DNA of 64,000 nucleotides from Thermoflexus hugenholtzii JAD2 (GTDB taxonomy: Bacteria; Chloroflexota; UBA11872; UBA12225). Shown here piece by piece: positions 37,404 through 52,065 of the stretch. Numbering within the stretch: position 1 is the first letter of the stretch; each line of letters begins with the position of its first letter. The notes below the pieces were generated by a model that saw only the letters and a list, made by a program, of their open reading frames with translations, searched no databases and was not told where the DNA came from. A program made the position numbers and the translations under genes. The stretch spans positions 28,083 to 92,082 of the forward strand of contig CAMDTO010000001.1 of NCBI GenBank assembly GCA_945907765.1, written 5' to 3'.

Positions 37404-38306
37404 GTGACGACTGACCAATTCGCCATCGCCCTGCAGTCCGCGGTTGACTGGGTTTGGAGCCCAGTTCCGGGGTCGGAGTATCCGTGGGCTGCTGTGGTGT
37501 CCCTTTTGGTCGCCGTGGTTGCTGGTGTGGCGACCTACGTCTTTGCCGTGCCCCGAATTCGTGAGTGGTGGAACGACGACACGGTTCGGCCAGACGAGGA
37601 TGAACGAGGCGTCTCAACCGTCGAACTCTCGCTCATGGAACACCTTCTCGAGTTGCGCAACCGGTTCGTCATCATGGCGGCGGCGCTCGGTCTCGGGACG
37701 ATCGTGGCATTTGTCTTCTACCGTACGTGGATGGAGATTGCGTTGTGGCCGCTGAATGGCCACGAACTCCAGGCAATCACGCCGACTGAGAAGGTTGTGG
37801 CGTACTTCAAGGTCTCACTTGTTGTCGCCCTCGTCTTCGTGATGCCGATCATTCTCTACCAGGTGTGGATGTACGTTGCGCCTGGACTGACACGCCGGGA
37901 GCGTCGCTACATCGTTGCATTTGTTCCGGGTGCGACGTTCTCATTCGTCTGTGGCGTTGCGTTCGCCTACTTTGCCCTGATGCCGGCGGCACTGACGTTC
38001 CTGCTTGGGTTCGGTGACGACTCGATCAAGGTCGTGCCGACCGTGGCGAGTTACATCGACTTCGTGACCCGATTGCTCGTGGCCGTCGGTGGGGTCTTCC
38101 AGTTGCCGCTGATCATGTTCATCCTCACCAAGGTTGGCGTAGTTAACCCCGGCATGTTCGGCAAGTGGAGGCGGTACGTGATTGTCCTGGCGTTCATTGT
38201 CGGCGCGATTGTCACGCCGACGCCGGATCCCTTCAACCAGTTGCTTGTCGCGATTCCGGTAATGATGCTCTACGAGTTCGGCGCACTCCTCGCCCGGTTC
38301 GCTTAG
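37404..38306 (+). CDS. tatC: Twin-arginine translocase subunit TatC with N-terminal extension
   Basis: 'LMEHLLELRNR', 'APGLTRRER', 'FQLP', 'TPTPDP', 'LYE'. Confidence 0.94.
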   Translation: MTTDQFAIALQSAVDWVWSPVPGSEYPWAAVVSLLVAVVAGVATYVFAVPRIREWWNDDTVRPDEDERGVSTVELSLMEHLLELRNRFVIMAAALGLGTIVAFVFYRTWMEIALWPLNGHELQAITPTEKVVAYFKVSLVVALVFVMPIILYQVWMYVAPGLTRRERRYIVAFVPGATFSFVCGVAFAYFALMPAALTFLLGFGDDSIKVVPTVASYIDFVTRLLVAVGGVFQLPLIMFILTKVGVVNPGMFGKWRRYVIVLAFIVGAIVTPTPDPFNQLLVAIPVMMLYEFGALLARFA

Positions 38307-38322
38307 GCGAGACCCCAGCGCT

Positions 38323-39381
38323 TTAGTGTCTCGCCTGATTCAGGGCTTCCTGCAAATCGGCAGGCAGCGGCGATTCGCAGACCATGTCCAGGCCGTCGGG
38401 GCGACGGAACGCCAGATGAGCGGCGTGCAGGAACTGACGCCCGACCGCGATGGTTGGTTGCGGACGCCCGTACACCGTGTCACCAGTGACCGGAATGCTG
38501 ATTGATGCAAGGTGCACACGGATCTGGTGCGTGCGTCCGGTAACAATCTTGCATTCGATCAAGGTGTGCTTGGCGAACTGTTCGACGGTCCTGAAGTACG
38601 TGAGGGCGTTGCGACCTCCCCGTGGAATGCTCACGAGGGCCATTTCGTCGGGTCGGTCGGGTCGCCTGCCGATTGGTGCGTCAATTGCTCCGCGGTCGGT
38701 GCGGGGGTGACCGTCCACCAGTGCGAGGTACCGCTTCTCAACGGTTCGGTCACGGAACTGCGCCTGCAGGAGGGCCAATGCGCGCTCGTGCTTTGCGACG
38801 ACGATCAGTCCGGATGTGTCGCGGTCGAGGCGGTGGACGATGCCGGGACGGATCGTGCCGTTGATGGCCTGCAGGTCAGGAAGCCGCGCCAGCAAGGCAT
38901 TCACGAGCGTTCCACGTGGATGTCCGGGCGCCGGATGGACCACCATGCCAGCGGCCTTGTTCACAATCACGATATCCGCATCTTCGTAGACGACATCAAT
39001 CGGGATCGCTTCGGCGATGAGATGGGTTTCGACGACGGCGGGGACAATGACCGTCACGGTCTGGCCGAGTCGGACCTTCGTTGCGGCATCGGCCTGCATG
39101 CCATTCACGCGCACCTCGCCGGAACTGATGAGGGCCTGTACACGCATCCTGGAGAGGCCGGGGCCGTGGGTCACCACAAAGCGATCAAGGCGATGCCCCT
39201 GATCCGGTTCGTGGACGGGGAGGTTCCACGTCGTTGGTGCTTCTGGGTCTAGGGCAAGATCCAGAGCATTTTCATCGAACGCCAAGTTGGCCGGTGGGTC
39301 GCTTGCACTTCCATCAGGGAAGCCGGCAGCCAAGTGCGGGGTGGGGTGATCATTGATGGGTAGTGATTGCGCGATGGTCAT
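38323..39381 (-). CDS. rluD: RluA/RluD-family pseudouridine synthase
   Basis: S4-like 'RLDRF', 'VVHPAPG', 'GIVHRLDRDTSG', 'TGRTHQIRVH'; follows lspA. Confidence 0.9.
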   Translation of the reverse strand: MTIAQSLPINDHPTPHLAAGFPDGSASDPPANLAFDENALDLALDPEAPTTWNLPVHEPDQGHRLDRFVVTHGPGLSRMRVQALISSGEVRVNGMQADAATKVRLGQTVTVIVPAVVETHLIAEAIPIDVVYEDADIVIVNKAAGMVVHPAPGHPRGTLVNALLARLPDLQAINGTIRPGIVHRLDRDTSGLIVVAKHERALALLQAQFRDRTVEKRYLALVDGHPRTDRGAIDAPIGRRPDRPDEMALVSIPRGGRNALTYFRTVEQFAKHTLIECKIVTGRTHQIRVHLASISIPVTGDTVYGRPQPTIAVGRQFLHAAHLAFRRPDGLDMVCESPLPADLQEALNQARH

Positions 39382-39968
39382 CCCTCATTCTGGATTAGGA
39401 GTGCGGCGACGAGCACAACGACACCCACACAAATGGCACTGTCGGCAACATTGAAAATCGCGAAATGAAACTGCAGCTCGTCGATGTGAAACTCGATGAA
39501 GTCGACGACCGCGCCAAGTCGCACCCGGTCAATGATGTTTCCGATTGCGCCTCCAACTTGAAGGGCAAGCGCAATCCGAACCCATAGGCGTCTGGTCTCG
39601 ACTGTCCGGTAGACGTAGACGATCACGCTGCAAATTGCGAGTGAGAGAGGCAGCAAGACGTCACCGAATTGACGGAACATCCCAAATGCGACCCCACGGT
39701 TCGTGATGTAATGCAGGGCGACCCACGGCATCACCGGGATGGTTTCCCCGAGGCTCATCGACGAAACCACCAGGAACTTCGTCACCTGATCGACAGTCAC
39801 AATCACGCTTGCGACAACGGCAAGCATTCCCCAACGCACGAGGGGAGTGGCCCACGGCACACGTGCCGTGGCTTGTCCACCATCCACGGATTGCTGTTGG
39901 GGTGCGGGTGAGGCCGAAAGGGCCGATGCCGTTTCGGCCTCCGAGGCAACCGGACCGCGTGTTGTCAT
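39378..39968 (-). CDS. lspA: Lipoprotein signal peptidase II
   Basis: 'DQVTK', 'NRGVAFG', 'GAIGNIIDR', 'VVDF', 'FNVAD'. Confidence 0.95.
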   Translation of the reverse strand: MTTRGPVASEAETASALSASPAPQQQSVDGGQATARVPWATPLVRWGMLAVVASVIVTVDQVTKFLVVSSMSLGETIPVMPWVALHYITNRGVAFGMFRQFGDVLLPLSLAICSVIVYVYRTVETRRLWVRIALALQVGGAIGNIIDRVRLGAVVDFIEFHIDELQFHFAIFNVADSAICVGVVVLVAALLIQNEG

Positions 39969-40081
39969 GCCAAGAAAAGGATACCGGTATCGCGCCCTAC
40001 GACAGTCGGCGGGCCACTATGGTGGCGCGTGTGCAGTCAGTGTCGCTTCGGGCCGATTTGGTGAGGGCTGCCTTGAAGTCG

Positions 40082-40113
40082 GCCCCTGAGGGTGGGTAAC
40101 CACCCCCAGGGGC
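40082..40113 (-). terminator. Long hairpin after the DapA-like gene
   Basis: GCCCCTGAGGGTGG-GTAA-CCACCCCCAGGGGC (one mismatch), about 10 nt after the stop; no U-tract. Confidence 0.5.
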
Positions 40114-40123
40114 TGGTTTCTTG

Positions 40124-41065
40124 TCAGGGGCGGGTCACTGGGGTGCGCACGGTGAAGTGGGGCGAAAGTGCGTTCAGGATCAGTTCGAGTTCTTCATGGT
40201 CATGTGCATCGAGCGTCAGGCCAGCAAGACGCTTGTACGGTGAGGCGATGATGCGTCGTCGGTACAGGACTTCCTTGTAGATGGCCGTTCCGAATGCTGC
40301 CTCGATGTTGAGCAGCGGAAGCAGGTCATTGAAAAGGGCGCGTGCCTCGTTCAGGTCGCCGCCGTCGATCAGGTTCCACACTTGGGAATGGACATCAGCA
40401 CTTTCGCAAGCTGGCATCGTGCCACAGGCGCCGCGTCGAACCTCGTCGAAGAGATAGCGTCCGGCCTTGCCCCCCATGATCCCCTTGCAGTGTTCTCCGG
40501 CGTTCGCGATGGTGTGCGAGATCTTGAACCCCGTGTTCTGGGATTCCTCCTTGATGTACTGGACCAGCCCGATCTCGCGGCACAGGCGAACGATGAAGTC
40601 GGCGGACATGGGGTGACCAATGCCGTTCGTCTTGTCGTGGTTCTGGATGTAGATCGGGAGGCCAGCACCTTCGGCGAGGGACGCATAGAAGTCGAAAATG
40701 TGCGCCTCGTCAGTAGGTTCCTGGTAGGCGGGCATGGAGATCACGGCATCGGCGCCGGTGTCACGGGCATGGCGGGCGTAGGCAACGGCTTCGGCAGTCG
40801 TCTCGGCGCAGACCCCGATGACCGCTGGGACGACGCCTTTCTTGCCCGCGCGCGCGATCTCTTCAACCGTTGCGCGGTTGACCGTGTGACGCTCCTCGAT
40901 GGTGAGGGTGCTGAACTCACTGGCGTTGACCGGGGTCACGATGCCGTGCGTGCCGGCTTCCAGGCAGAACGCGAGGGTGCTTCGCAGGGACGCCTCGTCA
41001 AATGCGCCAGTATCAGTGAACGGGGTGACAGGAATTGCAAAGAGGCCACGGTGCTGGGTTGTCAT
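40124..41065 (-). CDS. Divergent DHDPS/NAL family protein
   Basis: 'IPVTPF', 'PVNASEF' (GxxGE equivalent), 'YIQN', 'YIKEE'; GGAGG SD 10 nt before ATG 41065. Confidence 0.85.
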   Translation of the reverse strand: MTTQHRGLFAIPVTPFTDTGAFDEASLRSTLAFCLEAGTHGIVTPVNASEFSTLTIEERHTVNRATVEEIARAGKKGVVPAVIGVCAETTAEAVAYARHARDTGADAVISMPAYQEPTDEAHIFDFYASLAEGAGLPIYIQNHDKTNGIGHPMSADFIVRLCREIGLVQYIKEESQNTGFKISHTIANAGEHCKGIMGGKAGRYLFDEVRRGACGTMPACESADVHSQVWNLIDGGDLNEARALFNDLLPLLNIEAAFGTAIYKEVLYRRRIIASPYKRLAGLTLDAHDHEELELILNALSPHFTVRTPVTRP

Positions 41066-41099
41066 TGGTGTCATTCCTCCAATCGGCACTTCGCCTCAA

Positions 41100-41915
41100 T
41101 CAGGCGCCCTGGTTCCAGTCGGACCCTGCAAGGAAGCCTCCGTCGACCGCAATGACCTGGCCAGTCACGAAGTCTGAAGCACCGCCCGCCAGGAATACCG
41201 CCGTTGGCGATACATCCGCTGGTGCACCGAACCGACCGGCCGGAATGCGTGAAAGCACCCACGTCTTTCGAGGTTCAACCCCGATGAAGTTGCGGTTGAG
41301 ATCGGTGAGGATGAAGCCGGGCGCGATGCAGTTTGCCTGGATGTTTGTTGGCGCAAGCTCGACGGCAAGCGCCTTGGTGAGCAGGGCGACACCACCCTTG
41401 CTGGCGGCGTAGGCGGACATTCCGGGGGCGACACCCTGGACCGATGCGAGCGAACCGACCGTGATGATCTTGCCGCTGACTGTTCGCGCACTTCCGTCGG
41501 CGGGGGTCATCGCCTTGGTTGCCGCCTGGCACCCGAAGTACAGACCGCGAAGGTTCGTTCCGACAACGACGTCGTAGTCATCTTCGGTCACGTCAACGAT
41601 CTTCTTGCGGCGGTTCGTGCCGGCGACAGGAACGTAGATGTCCAGGTGTCCGAAGTGGGCGACGGTTTCGGCGACGGCACGCTCGTTATCGGCGCGGCTG
41701 TTCACGTCACCGCAGATGGCGATCGTGTGTCCAGGTCCGATCTCGGCCACGAGCGTTTCGAGATCTGAAGTGGTCCTGGACATCGCGGCAATCGATGCAC
41801 CTGCGTGGGCAAGGGCGATCGCGATGGCGCGCCCGATGCCACGGCTGGCACCCGTGATGAGGGCGACCCGTCCGGTAAGGTCGAACGGCCCGACGCCGGT
41901 TGATGGGGTAGTCAT
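41100..41915 (-). CDS. SDR oxidoreductase (gluconate 5-dehydrogenase/KduD-like)
   Basis: 'TGASRGIG', 'YAASKGG', 'IAPGF', 'RIPAGRFG'. Confidence 0.88.
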   Translation of the reverse strand: MTTPSTGVGPFDLTGRVALITGASRGIGRAIAIALAHAGASIAAMSRTTSDLETLVAEIGPGHTIAICGDVNSRADNERAVAETVAHFGHLDIYVPVAGTNRRKKIVDVTEDDYDVVVGTNLRGLYFGCQAATKAMTPADGSARTVSGKIITVGSLASVQGVAPGMSAYAASKGGVALLTKALAVELAPTNIQANCIAPGFILTDLNRNFIGVEPRKTWVLSRIPAGRFGAPADVSPTAVFLAGGASDFVTGQVIAVDGGFLAGSDWNQGA

Positions 41916-42031
41916 GGTTCTCTCTCCTTGGACGCCGGTCAGCGTGCCATCGTCGCCCGATCATCCGGGCAATCGCTTGGACATTCGCACCCCGGCGCTG
42001 GCCGACACGTGCCGTGCCGCGCGTCATCGTA

Positions 42032-42991
42032 CTACGTCCGCGACGGTTCCCAGACAACGATCAGGATGCCCGCCAGGATCACCCCTGCCCCGGCAATGGA
42101 CGTGTATGTCGGCATTTCGCCGAACAGCCACGCCGTCAAGATGACACCACCGATCACTTCCAACATCGCGATGATGTTCGCAGCCGTCGCCGGGATGCGT
42201 CGCAGGGCTGCGTTGTACAAGGTGTGCCCGGTCCCGAGTGGGGCCACACCGAGGGCAACGATCGCCAACCCTGATGGAACATCGTAGGTTGACCCGCCCA
42301 TGGTCCAGATCGCGGCGGGTAGAAGCCAGATCGCACCCCACAGGTAGACCCCGAACGTGTACTCGAACAGCGAGTGCTGGTTGCGGGCCTGGCGCCCAAT
42401 GATCGAGTAGATGCCGAATGTGACGGCAGTGAACAGGGCCATTCCGTCACCGATGAGGCTGCGTGCGTTCAAGGTCGGTTCGAACCCAGTCAGGAATACT
42501 GCGCCGGCCACAGCAATCCCGATCCCGATCCATGCCTGTGGGCGGATCGATTCGTGCAGGAAGACGTGGGCGAATATTGCGACGAAGACCGGTGCCGTGT
42601 ACGTGATCGCGAGTGAATGTGCGGTGCTGGTGAACCCAAGTGACGCGATGTATGAACCGAAGTGGACGGCGACAAGCAGTCCGTACATGGCGAACTTTGG
42701 GGTAGCGATGGCACGGAAATTGATACCGATGCCCGCCTCAGCAGTCTTGGTGGTTGCTCGGGTCGCAATTGACGAGACGATCAGGATCGTCGCTGCACCA
42801 GTCAGCAGTCGCCAGAACGTGATCTCGATTGGGCCGACAAGCGGTGCATACCGAACTAGCGCGGGCGAGGTGCTGAAGAGTGACACTGCGATCACCGCGA
42901 AGAGGTAGCCAAGGCGCCGGGAACCCGCTTCACTGGCGCTCGCAGGTGTCTGAACGTCATAGGTGCGATGCGAGGCGGTGGGTTCTGACAC
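42032..42991 (-). CDS. DMT/EamA family transporter
   Basis: About 10 TM helices in two repeats; 'FWRL', 'APVFVA', 'GHTLYN'. Confidence 0.88.
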   Translation of the reverse strand: MSEPTASHRTYDVQTPASASEAGSRRLGYLFAVIAVSLFSTSPALVRYAPLVGPIEITFWRLLTGAATILIVSSIATRATTKTAEAGIGINFRAIATPKFAMYGLLVAVHFGSYIASLGFTSTAHSLAITYTAPVFVAIFAHVFLHESIRPQAWIGIGIAVAGAVFLTGFEPTLNARSLIGDGMALFTAVTFGIYSIIGRQARNQHSLFEYTFGVYLWGAIWLLPAAIWTMGGSTYDVPSGLAIVALGVAPLGTGHTLYNAALRRIPATAANIIAMLEVIGGVILTAWLFGEMPTYTSIAGAGVILAGILIVVWEPSRT

Positions 42992-43170
42992 GCCTTGTTG
43001 GCCTTTGCGCGCTCAACGTTTGGGGGATGGCGCGTGACCCCACGCGCCCCGAATGGTCTCACATGATAGGAAGGGGTGTCGCACTCCACGGTTTCAGGGC
43101 CATCCTGATTCACCCTGGGCCGGCCGGGCTGGTTAGTTTCCCGCACGCGTCCGGTCTCACCTGAAGCTCA

Positions 43171-43206
43171 TCCTGAGGCTGCTCAGGTCATGCAGCCCTC
43201 AGGGAT
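43171..43206. terminator. Hairpin downstream of carB
   Basis: TCCTGAGGCTGC ... GCAGCCCTCAGGGA inverted repeat about 80 nt after the carB stop. Confidence 0.4.
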
Positions 43207-43283
43207 CAGATCAGCCGGGCACCGCGCAGTCCGATCCGCATGAGTGGATGCTGGAACGGACGGCGAAGATGAGGAAGAGTGGC

Positions 43284-46605
<3,322 letters not shown>

Positions 46606-46613
<8 letters not shown>

Positions 46614-47850
46614 TGGTTTCGAGCGAGTCGACGAAGCGGTCGAAAAGGTACTGGTTGTCTTGGGGCCCTGGGCTTGCCTCAGGGTGGTACTGCACGGTGA
46701 AGACTGGAAGTTCGCGATGGGCGAGGCCTTCGACCGATCCGTCGTTGACGTTGACGTGGCTGACGGTGAAGCCGCTGGCGTCCGGGATGGTGGTCGCGTC
46801 GACCTGGAAGCCGTGGTTCTGGGAGGTGATGTAGACCCGTCCGGTGGTGACGTCGCGCACGGGATGGTTCGCCCCGCGGTGCCCGAAGCGGAGGCGTGAG
46901 GTCTGGGCGCCGATCGCCAATCCCATTACCTGGTGACCCAGACAGACGGCGGTCAGGGCCATGCGACCACTTGCGACAGGGCCGTCGAGGAGGGTTCGAA
47001 GCGTCTGGACAGTGGTGGCAAGGGCAGCGGCGCTTGGGTCGCCCGGACCATTGCCTATGACGACGCCGGCCGGTTCGAGGGCCAGGATTTCTTCGGCACT
47101 GGTGTGGTAGGGAACGATCACGGTATCCAGGCCCCGACGTGCTAGAGACCGTGCGATGTTGTGTTTGACGCCGCAGTCGATGAGGACAACCCGGTGGGCG
47201 TGCCGGGACCGTGGCGGTGCAGCGAATGGCGCCCAAGTGTCGTGGTCTACAAGACCCAATGCTGAGGTACTGACGCCTTCGACAAGTTCCTGGTCCTCAA
47301 GGACGGGGAGACCTCTCGCGATACCGGAAAGGTACTCAGCTTCGGTCCTGGCTCCGGGTGTCCGGCCATTGATCCATGCACCGGCGTCGTCATCATCGGC
47401 GATCGTTCCGGTCCGCGGGGGGGCGAGGCAGGCCCGCATGGCACCGTGCATGCGGAGATGGCGGGTGAGCGACCGGGTGTCGATTCCTTCCACGATGGGA
47501 ATGCCGTGTTGGCCCAGCCATGTGGACAGCGATCCGTTGGTGCGCCAATTGCTCGGACCAGTGCAGTATTCCCTCACGACAAGGGCATTGATCCACGGGC
47601 GCGCACTCTCGAAGTCGTCGGCATTGATCCCGTAGTTGTCGATGAGTGGATAGGTGAGGGTGGTGATCTGACCCCGGAACGATGGATCCGTGCAGATCTC
47701 CTGGTAGCCAGTCATGGCCGTGCAAAAGACGGCTTCCCCACCGGTTCCGGAAGCGGCGTCATCATGGGCAGACTGGCCGGGGTCGAGGGCGCGGAAGCCG
47801 AAAAATGACCGTCCGTCTTCAAGGGCGAGGATGAACCTGGGTGCCGACAT
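46606..47850 (-). CDS. carA: Carbamoyl-phosphate synthase small subunit
   Basis: 'MTGYQE..TDPS', 'NGPGDP', 'CLGHQ', 'TSQNHGF', '[10 protein letters not shown]'. Confidence 0.96.
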
Positions 47851-47870
47851 GATTACCGCTGTCCTTTCGC

Positions 47871-47986
47871 GAGAAGAGCCCGGCCGATCAGGGCCGGCTC
47901 TCCCAACAAGGGCCCTGATGCGACGGGCGAGGGTGAGACCCCTAACCCCAACTTCTCCACCGTTGCCTGGTGAGAGGGGAGAAGCT
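47871..47986 (-). repeat. REP-like palindrome and extra hairpins in the pyrC-carA spacer
   Basis: Minus strand CTTCTCCCCTCTCACC...GGTGGAGAAGTTGGGGTTAGGGG, followed by GAGAGCCGGCCC/GGCCGGGCTCTTCTC. Confidence 0.45.
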
Positions 47987-47988
47987 TG

Positions 47989-49359
47989 CTACGCGCTTCG
48001 ATCACAGATGACCTCCCCTCCGACGATGGTTTGAATGACCTGGCCACGCAGGATGTGACCGGCCAGTGGGGTGTTGCGACCCTTTGACCGGAACTGAGTC
48101 GGGTCGACGCACCATTCGCGGTCTGGGTCGAAGATGGTCACGTCGCCAGCCATACCGGGAAGCAGGGTGCCGGACGCCAATCCAAAGACGCGGGCGGGCC
48201 GGATGGTCAAGGCCGCGATGGCTTCCACAAGCGTGAGACCACCGGCATGGACGACGGCGAGGACACTCCCCAATGCCGTTTCCAGGTTCGAGATGCCGGA
48301 CGCAGCGGCCTGGTATTCGCAATGCTTGTCAGTGGTGGCGTGGGGTGCGTGGTCGGTGGCGATGCAGTCGATGACTCCATCGCGCAGACCAGCTGCCATT
48401 GCGAGGCTGTCGGGCGTCTCGCGCAGGGGAGGGTTGACCTTGGTGCTGGTGTCGTACGCGGGCAGGGACGCCGTGGCTGACCACCAGTGGCCTCCAACGA
48501 GCGTGTCGGTGAGCGTGAGATGGTGCGGGGTCACCTCCGCGGTGACGTGGACGCCGCGGGACCGTGCCCGCCGGATGAAATCGAGGGTCCCCGCGGAAGA
48601 GACGTGGGCGACGTGCAAGTGGGCGCCGGTCAGGGCAGCGAGTTCGCAGTCCCGCGCGACGATGATTTCCTCGGCGGCTCGGGGCCACCCGGCGAGGCCA
48701 AGCCGTGCCGAGACTGACCCCTCATGCATCTGGGCGCCGGTGGTAAGTGCGCGGTCTTCGGCATGCTGGACAACCGGGCGACCGGTTGTGCGACTGTACG
48801 CAAGGGCATTGCGCATCAGGGCGCTGTCGGTCACGCAGTCGCCGTCATCCGAGTACGCCACGACCCCGGCGGTTGCGAGTTCAATCAGGTCGGCGAGTGC
48901 CTTGCCCTTGCGTCCCCGGGTGATCGCGCCGATGACGTAGACCCGTACGGACCCCTGGCGTCGGGCGGTGTCGCGGATGAAGTCGACGACGGCTGTGGTG
49001 TCGATGGCGGGTTCGGTGTTTGGCATGGCGCAGACGGTCGTGAACCCCCCGGCGGCGGCGGCGGCTGTGCCGGTTGCGATCGTTTCACGATATTCGAAAC
49101 CCGGTTCACGGAGGTGGGTGTGCAAGTCAACGAAGCCGGGCGTGACGATAAGCCCCCGGGCGTCGATGACCTGTGCTCCGGGCGGCGCATCGATTCCGAT
49201 GCCCACGGAGTCAACGAACCCGTCGCGAACGGCAATGTCCGTGATGGCGTCGATACCCTGTCCCGGGTCGATCACACGCCCGCCTCGGATCACCACGCTT
49301 CCAAGGAACCGCCCGTGCGCGGTGGCGAGTCGGATCGGATCGTTGTTCTGATTGCTCAC
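47989..49359 (-). CDS. pyrC: Dihydroorotase
   Basis: 'DLHTHLREPG', 'GGFTTVCAMPNT', 'HVAHVS', 'KVNPPLR', 'ATDHAPH'. Confidence 0.95.
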   Translation of the reverse strand: MSNQNNDPIRLATAHGRFLGSVVIRGGRVIDPGQGIDAITDIAVRDGFVDSVGIGIDAPPGAQVIDARGLIVTPGFVDLHTHLREPGFEYRETIATGTAAAAAGGFTTVCAMPNTEPAIDTTAVVDFIRDTARRQGSVRVYVIGAITRGRKGKALADLIELATAGVVAYSDDGDCVTDSALMRNALAYSRTTGRPVVQHAEDRALTTGAQMHEGSVSARLGLAGWPRAAEEIIVARDCELAALTGAHLHVAHVSSAGTLDFIRRARSRGVHVTAEVTPHHLTLTDTLVGGHWWSATASLPAYDTSTKVNPPLRETPDSLAMAAGLRDGVIDCIATDHAPHATTDKHCEYQAAASGISNLETALGSVLAVVHAGGLTLVEAIAALTIRPARVFGLASGTLLPGMAGDVTIFDPDREWCVDPTQFRSKGRNTPLAGHILRGQVIQTIVGGEVICDRSA

Positions 49360-49444
49360 TACCTGAGGCCTTTCATGCTGCGTTCCCGATCCCCCATCAT
49401 TGAAGGGGCGGGCAGCGATGCCCGCGGACCGACTGGGGAAGTCC

Positions 49445-50416
49445 CTAGACCGCCGGGCCGGCACGTCCGCCGGCAAGGAGATACATAACGGCCATCCTGA
49501 CGGCGACCCCGTTCGTGACCTGGGCCTCGATAACGCTTTGTGGCCCGTATGCGACCTCGGGGCTGATCTCGACCCCTTCGTTCATTGGGCCGGGATGCAT
49601 CACAAGTGCTCCGAAGCGCGCTTTTGCGATCCGCTCGCGCGTAATTCCCCACTCGCGTGAGTACTCGCGCAGGCTAGGCAAGAGACCGGCGTCCATGCGT
49701 TCCCGCTGGACACGAAGTGCCATGACCACGTCGGCATCTCGCAAGGCCTCGTCGACATCGTGCGTCATGGTGACTGGACATGGCGTGGATATTCCTTTGG
49801 CGCGAAGCCCGGTGCTCACGGCGTCGGCAAAGCCGATTGGGAGCAACGTTGGCGGTGCACACAGGACAACCTGGGCCCCAAGCGTCGTGAACCCCCATGT
49901 GGCCGATCGTGCCACCCGGCTATGGAGGATGTCGCCGACAATCGCGACGCGACGACCCTCGATGGATCCGAGGCGGGACTGGACAGTGAAGAGGTCCAGG
50001 AGTGCCTGCGTGGGGTGGGCGTGCCATCCATCCCCCGCATTTATTATCGAGGCATCGAGTTCGCGTGCGACGAGATACGGTGCCCCTGATGCGCCATGGC
50101 GCATGATCACCATGTCGGCACCGAGGGCCTGCAGGGTGCGGGTCGTGTCGATGAGGGTCTCGCCCTTCTCGACGCTTGATCCACTGGCGGTGATGTTCAC
50201 GACATCGGCTGAGAGGTTCTTGGCGGCGAGTTCGAAGCTGACGCGCGTGCGCGTGCTGGCCTCGTAAAAGCAGTTGACAATGGTCTTGCCCCGGAGTGGA
50301 GGTACTCGCCGGATGGGCCGGGCGAGCACTTCCTTCATGGCCGCCGTAGTTTCTAGGACTTCGCGGAGTTCATCCGGCGTGAAGTCGTCGAGGTCGAGAA
50401 CGTCCTTGCGTCGCAT
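49445..50416 (-). CDS. pyrB: Aspartate carbamoyltransferase catalytic subunit
   Basis: 'FYEASTRTRVSF', 'HPTQALLD', 'HSRVARS', 'MHPGP'. Confidence 0.96.
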   Translation of the reverse strand: MRRKDVLDLDDFTPDELREVLETTAAMKEVLARPIRRVPPLRGKTIVNCFYEASTRTRVSFELAAKNLSADVVNITASGSSVEKGETLIDTTRTLQALGADMVIMRHGASGAPYLVARELDASIINAGDGWHAHPTQALLDLFTVQSRLGSIEGRRVAIVGDILHSRVARSATWGFTTLGAQVVLCAPPTLLPIGFADAVSTGLRAKGISTPCPVTMTHDVDEALRDADVVMALRVQRERMDAGLLPSLREYSREWGITRERIAKARFGALVMHPGPMNEGVEISPEVAYGPQSVIEAQVTNGVAVRMAVMYLLAGGRAGPAV

Positions 50417-50467
50417 GGGCTGTCCTTGAAGGCGCGGGGGCGGGGGCACGGATGCCCGCGGACCGAC

Positions 50468-51190
<723 letters not shown>

Positions 51191-51323
51191 AACTGAGTCG
51201 GTATGTTAGCAGGAAGTCTCGGGCGGCCGGCCGAATTCCGTCGCCTGTCGGTGGTGACAGTTCTCGCAAACTTTCGGCTTGAACCTTGGCTCTGACAATC
51301 ATGGATGCGCAGGTTCGGTTCGG

Positions 51324-52043
51324 TCAGTCGCCCAGATAGAGGCGTCGGGTGTCCGGATTCGCGAGGAGTTCGGCACCTGTGCCTTCGAGTCGGTTACGCC
51401 CGAGTTCGAGCAAGTAGGCGTGGTCGGCGAGTGCGAGTGCCTTGGCGGCATTCTGTTCGACGACGAGCATTGAGAGTCCCTCGGACTTCAGCATTGCCAG
51501 CGTTTCTAAGACGACCCTGACGAACCGCGGCGCAAGGCCGAGCGAAGGTTCATCGAGGAGGATCAGACGGGGTTGGATCATCAGGCCACGGGCAATCGCT
51601 ACCGTTTGCTGTTCGCCTCAGGACATGGTCCCGGCAAGTTGGGTGCGTCGTTCGGCGAGGCGCGGGAACAAGTCGTACACCCGCGCGAAGGCTTTTGCGC
51701 GGGTGGCTGCGTCACTTACGGTGAACGCGCCCATTTCCAAGTTGTCATGTACTGGCATCTGACCGAAGACAATCCGTCCTTGGGGAATGTAGGCGAGGCC
51801 AAGGGGCACCAGTCGGTCGGAACGCATTCCGCTAATCGCCTGTCCGTCGAAGGTGACGGTTCCAGAAGTCAGGCGTGCAAAGCCGGTGATCGCCTTGAAA
51901 ACGGTTGATTTGCCCGCCCCATTCGGGCCAATCAGGCTGACAAACTGGCCAGGACGCACGACCATGCGTATCCCACGCAGGACCGGGACGCGCCCGTACC
52001 CCGCGTGAAGGTCCGTGCAATTCAGGAGGATTTCGTCGTTCAT
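51324..52043 (-). pseudogene. livF: LivF-like ABC ATP-binding pseudogene
   Basis: In-frame TGA (51618-51620) in the ABC signature: TMS*GEQQ; 'GPNGAGKST' upstream and 'DEPSLGLAP', 'VEQN' downstream in the same frame. Confidence 0.85.
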
Positions 52044-52065
52044 GGTGGGGCAATGGTCGACCGGG

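Noticed and set aside
51618..51620. TGA at a Gly position as evidence of UGA recoding or selenocysteine
   Set aside because: TGA terminates many intact genes here (purH, rlmN, fakA), the site is a Gly position, and neighbouring genes carry TAA and frameshift lesions
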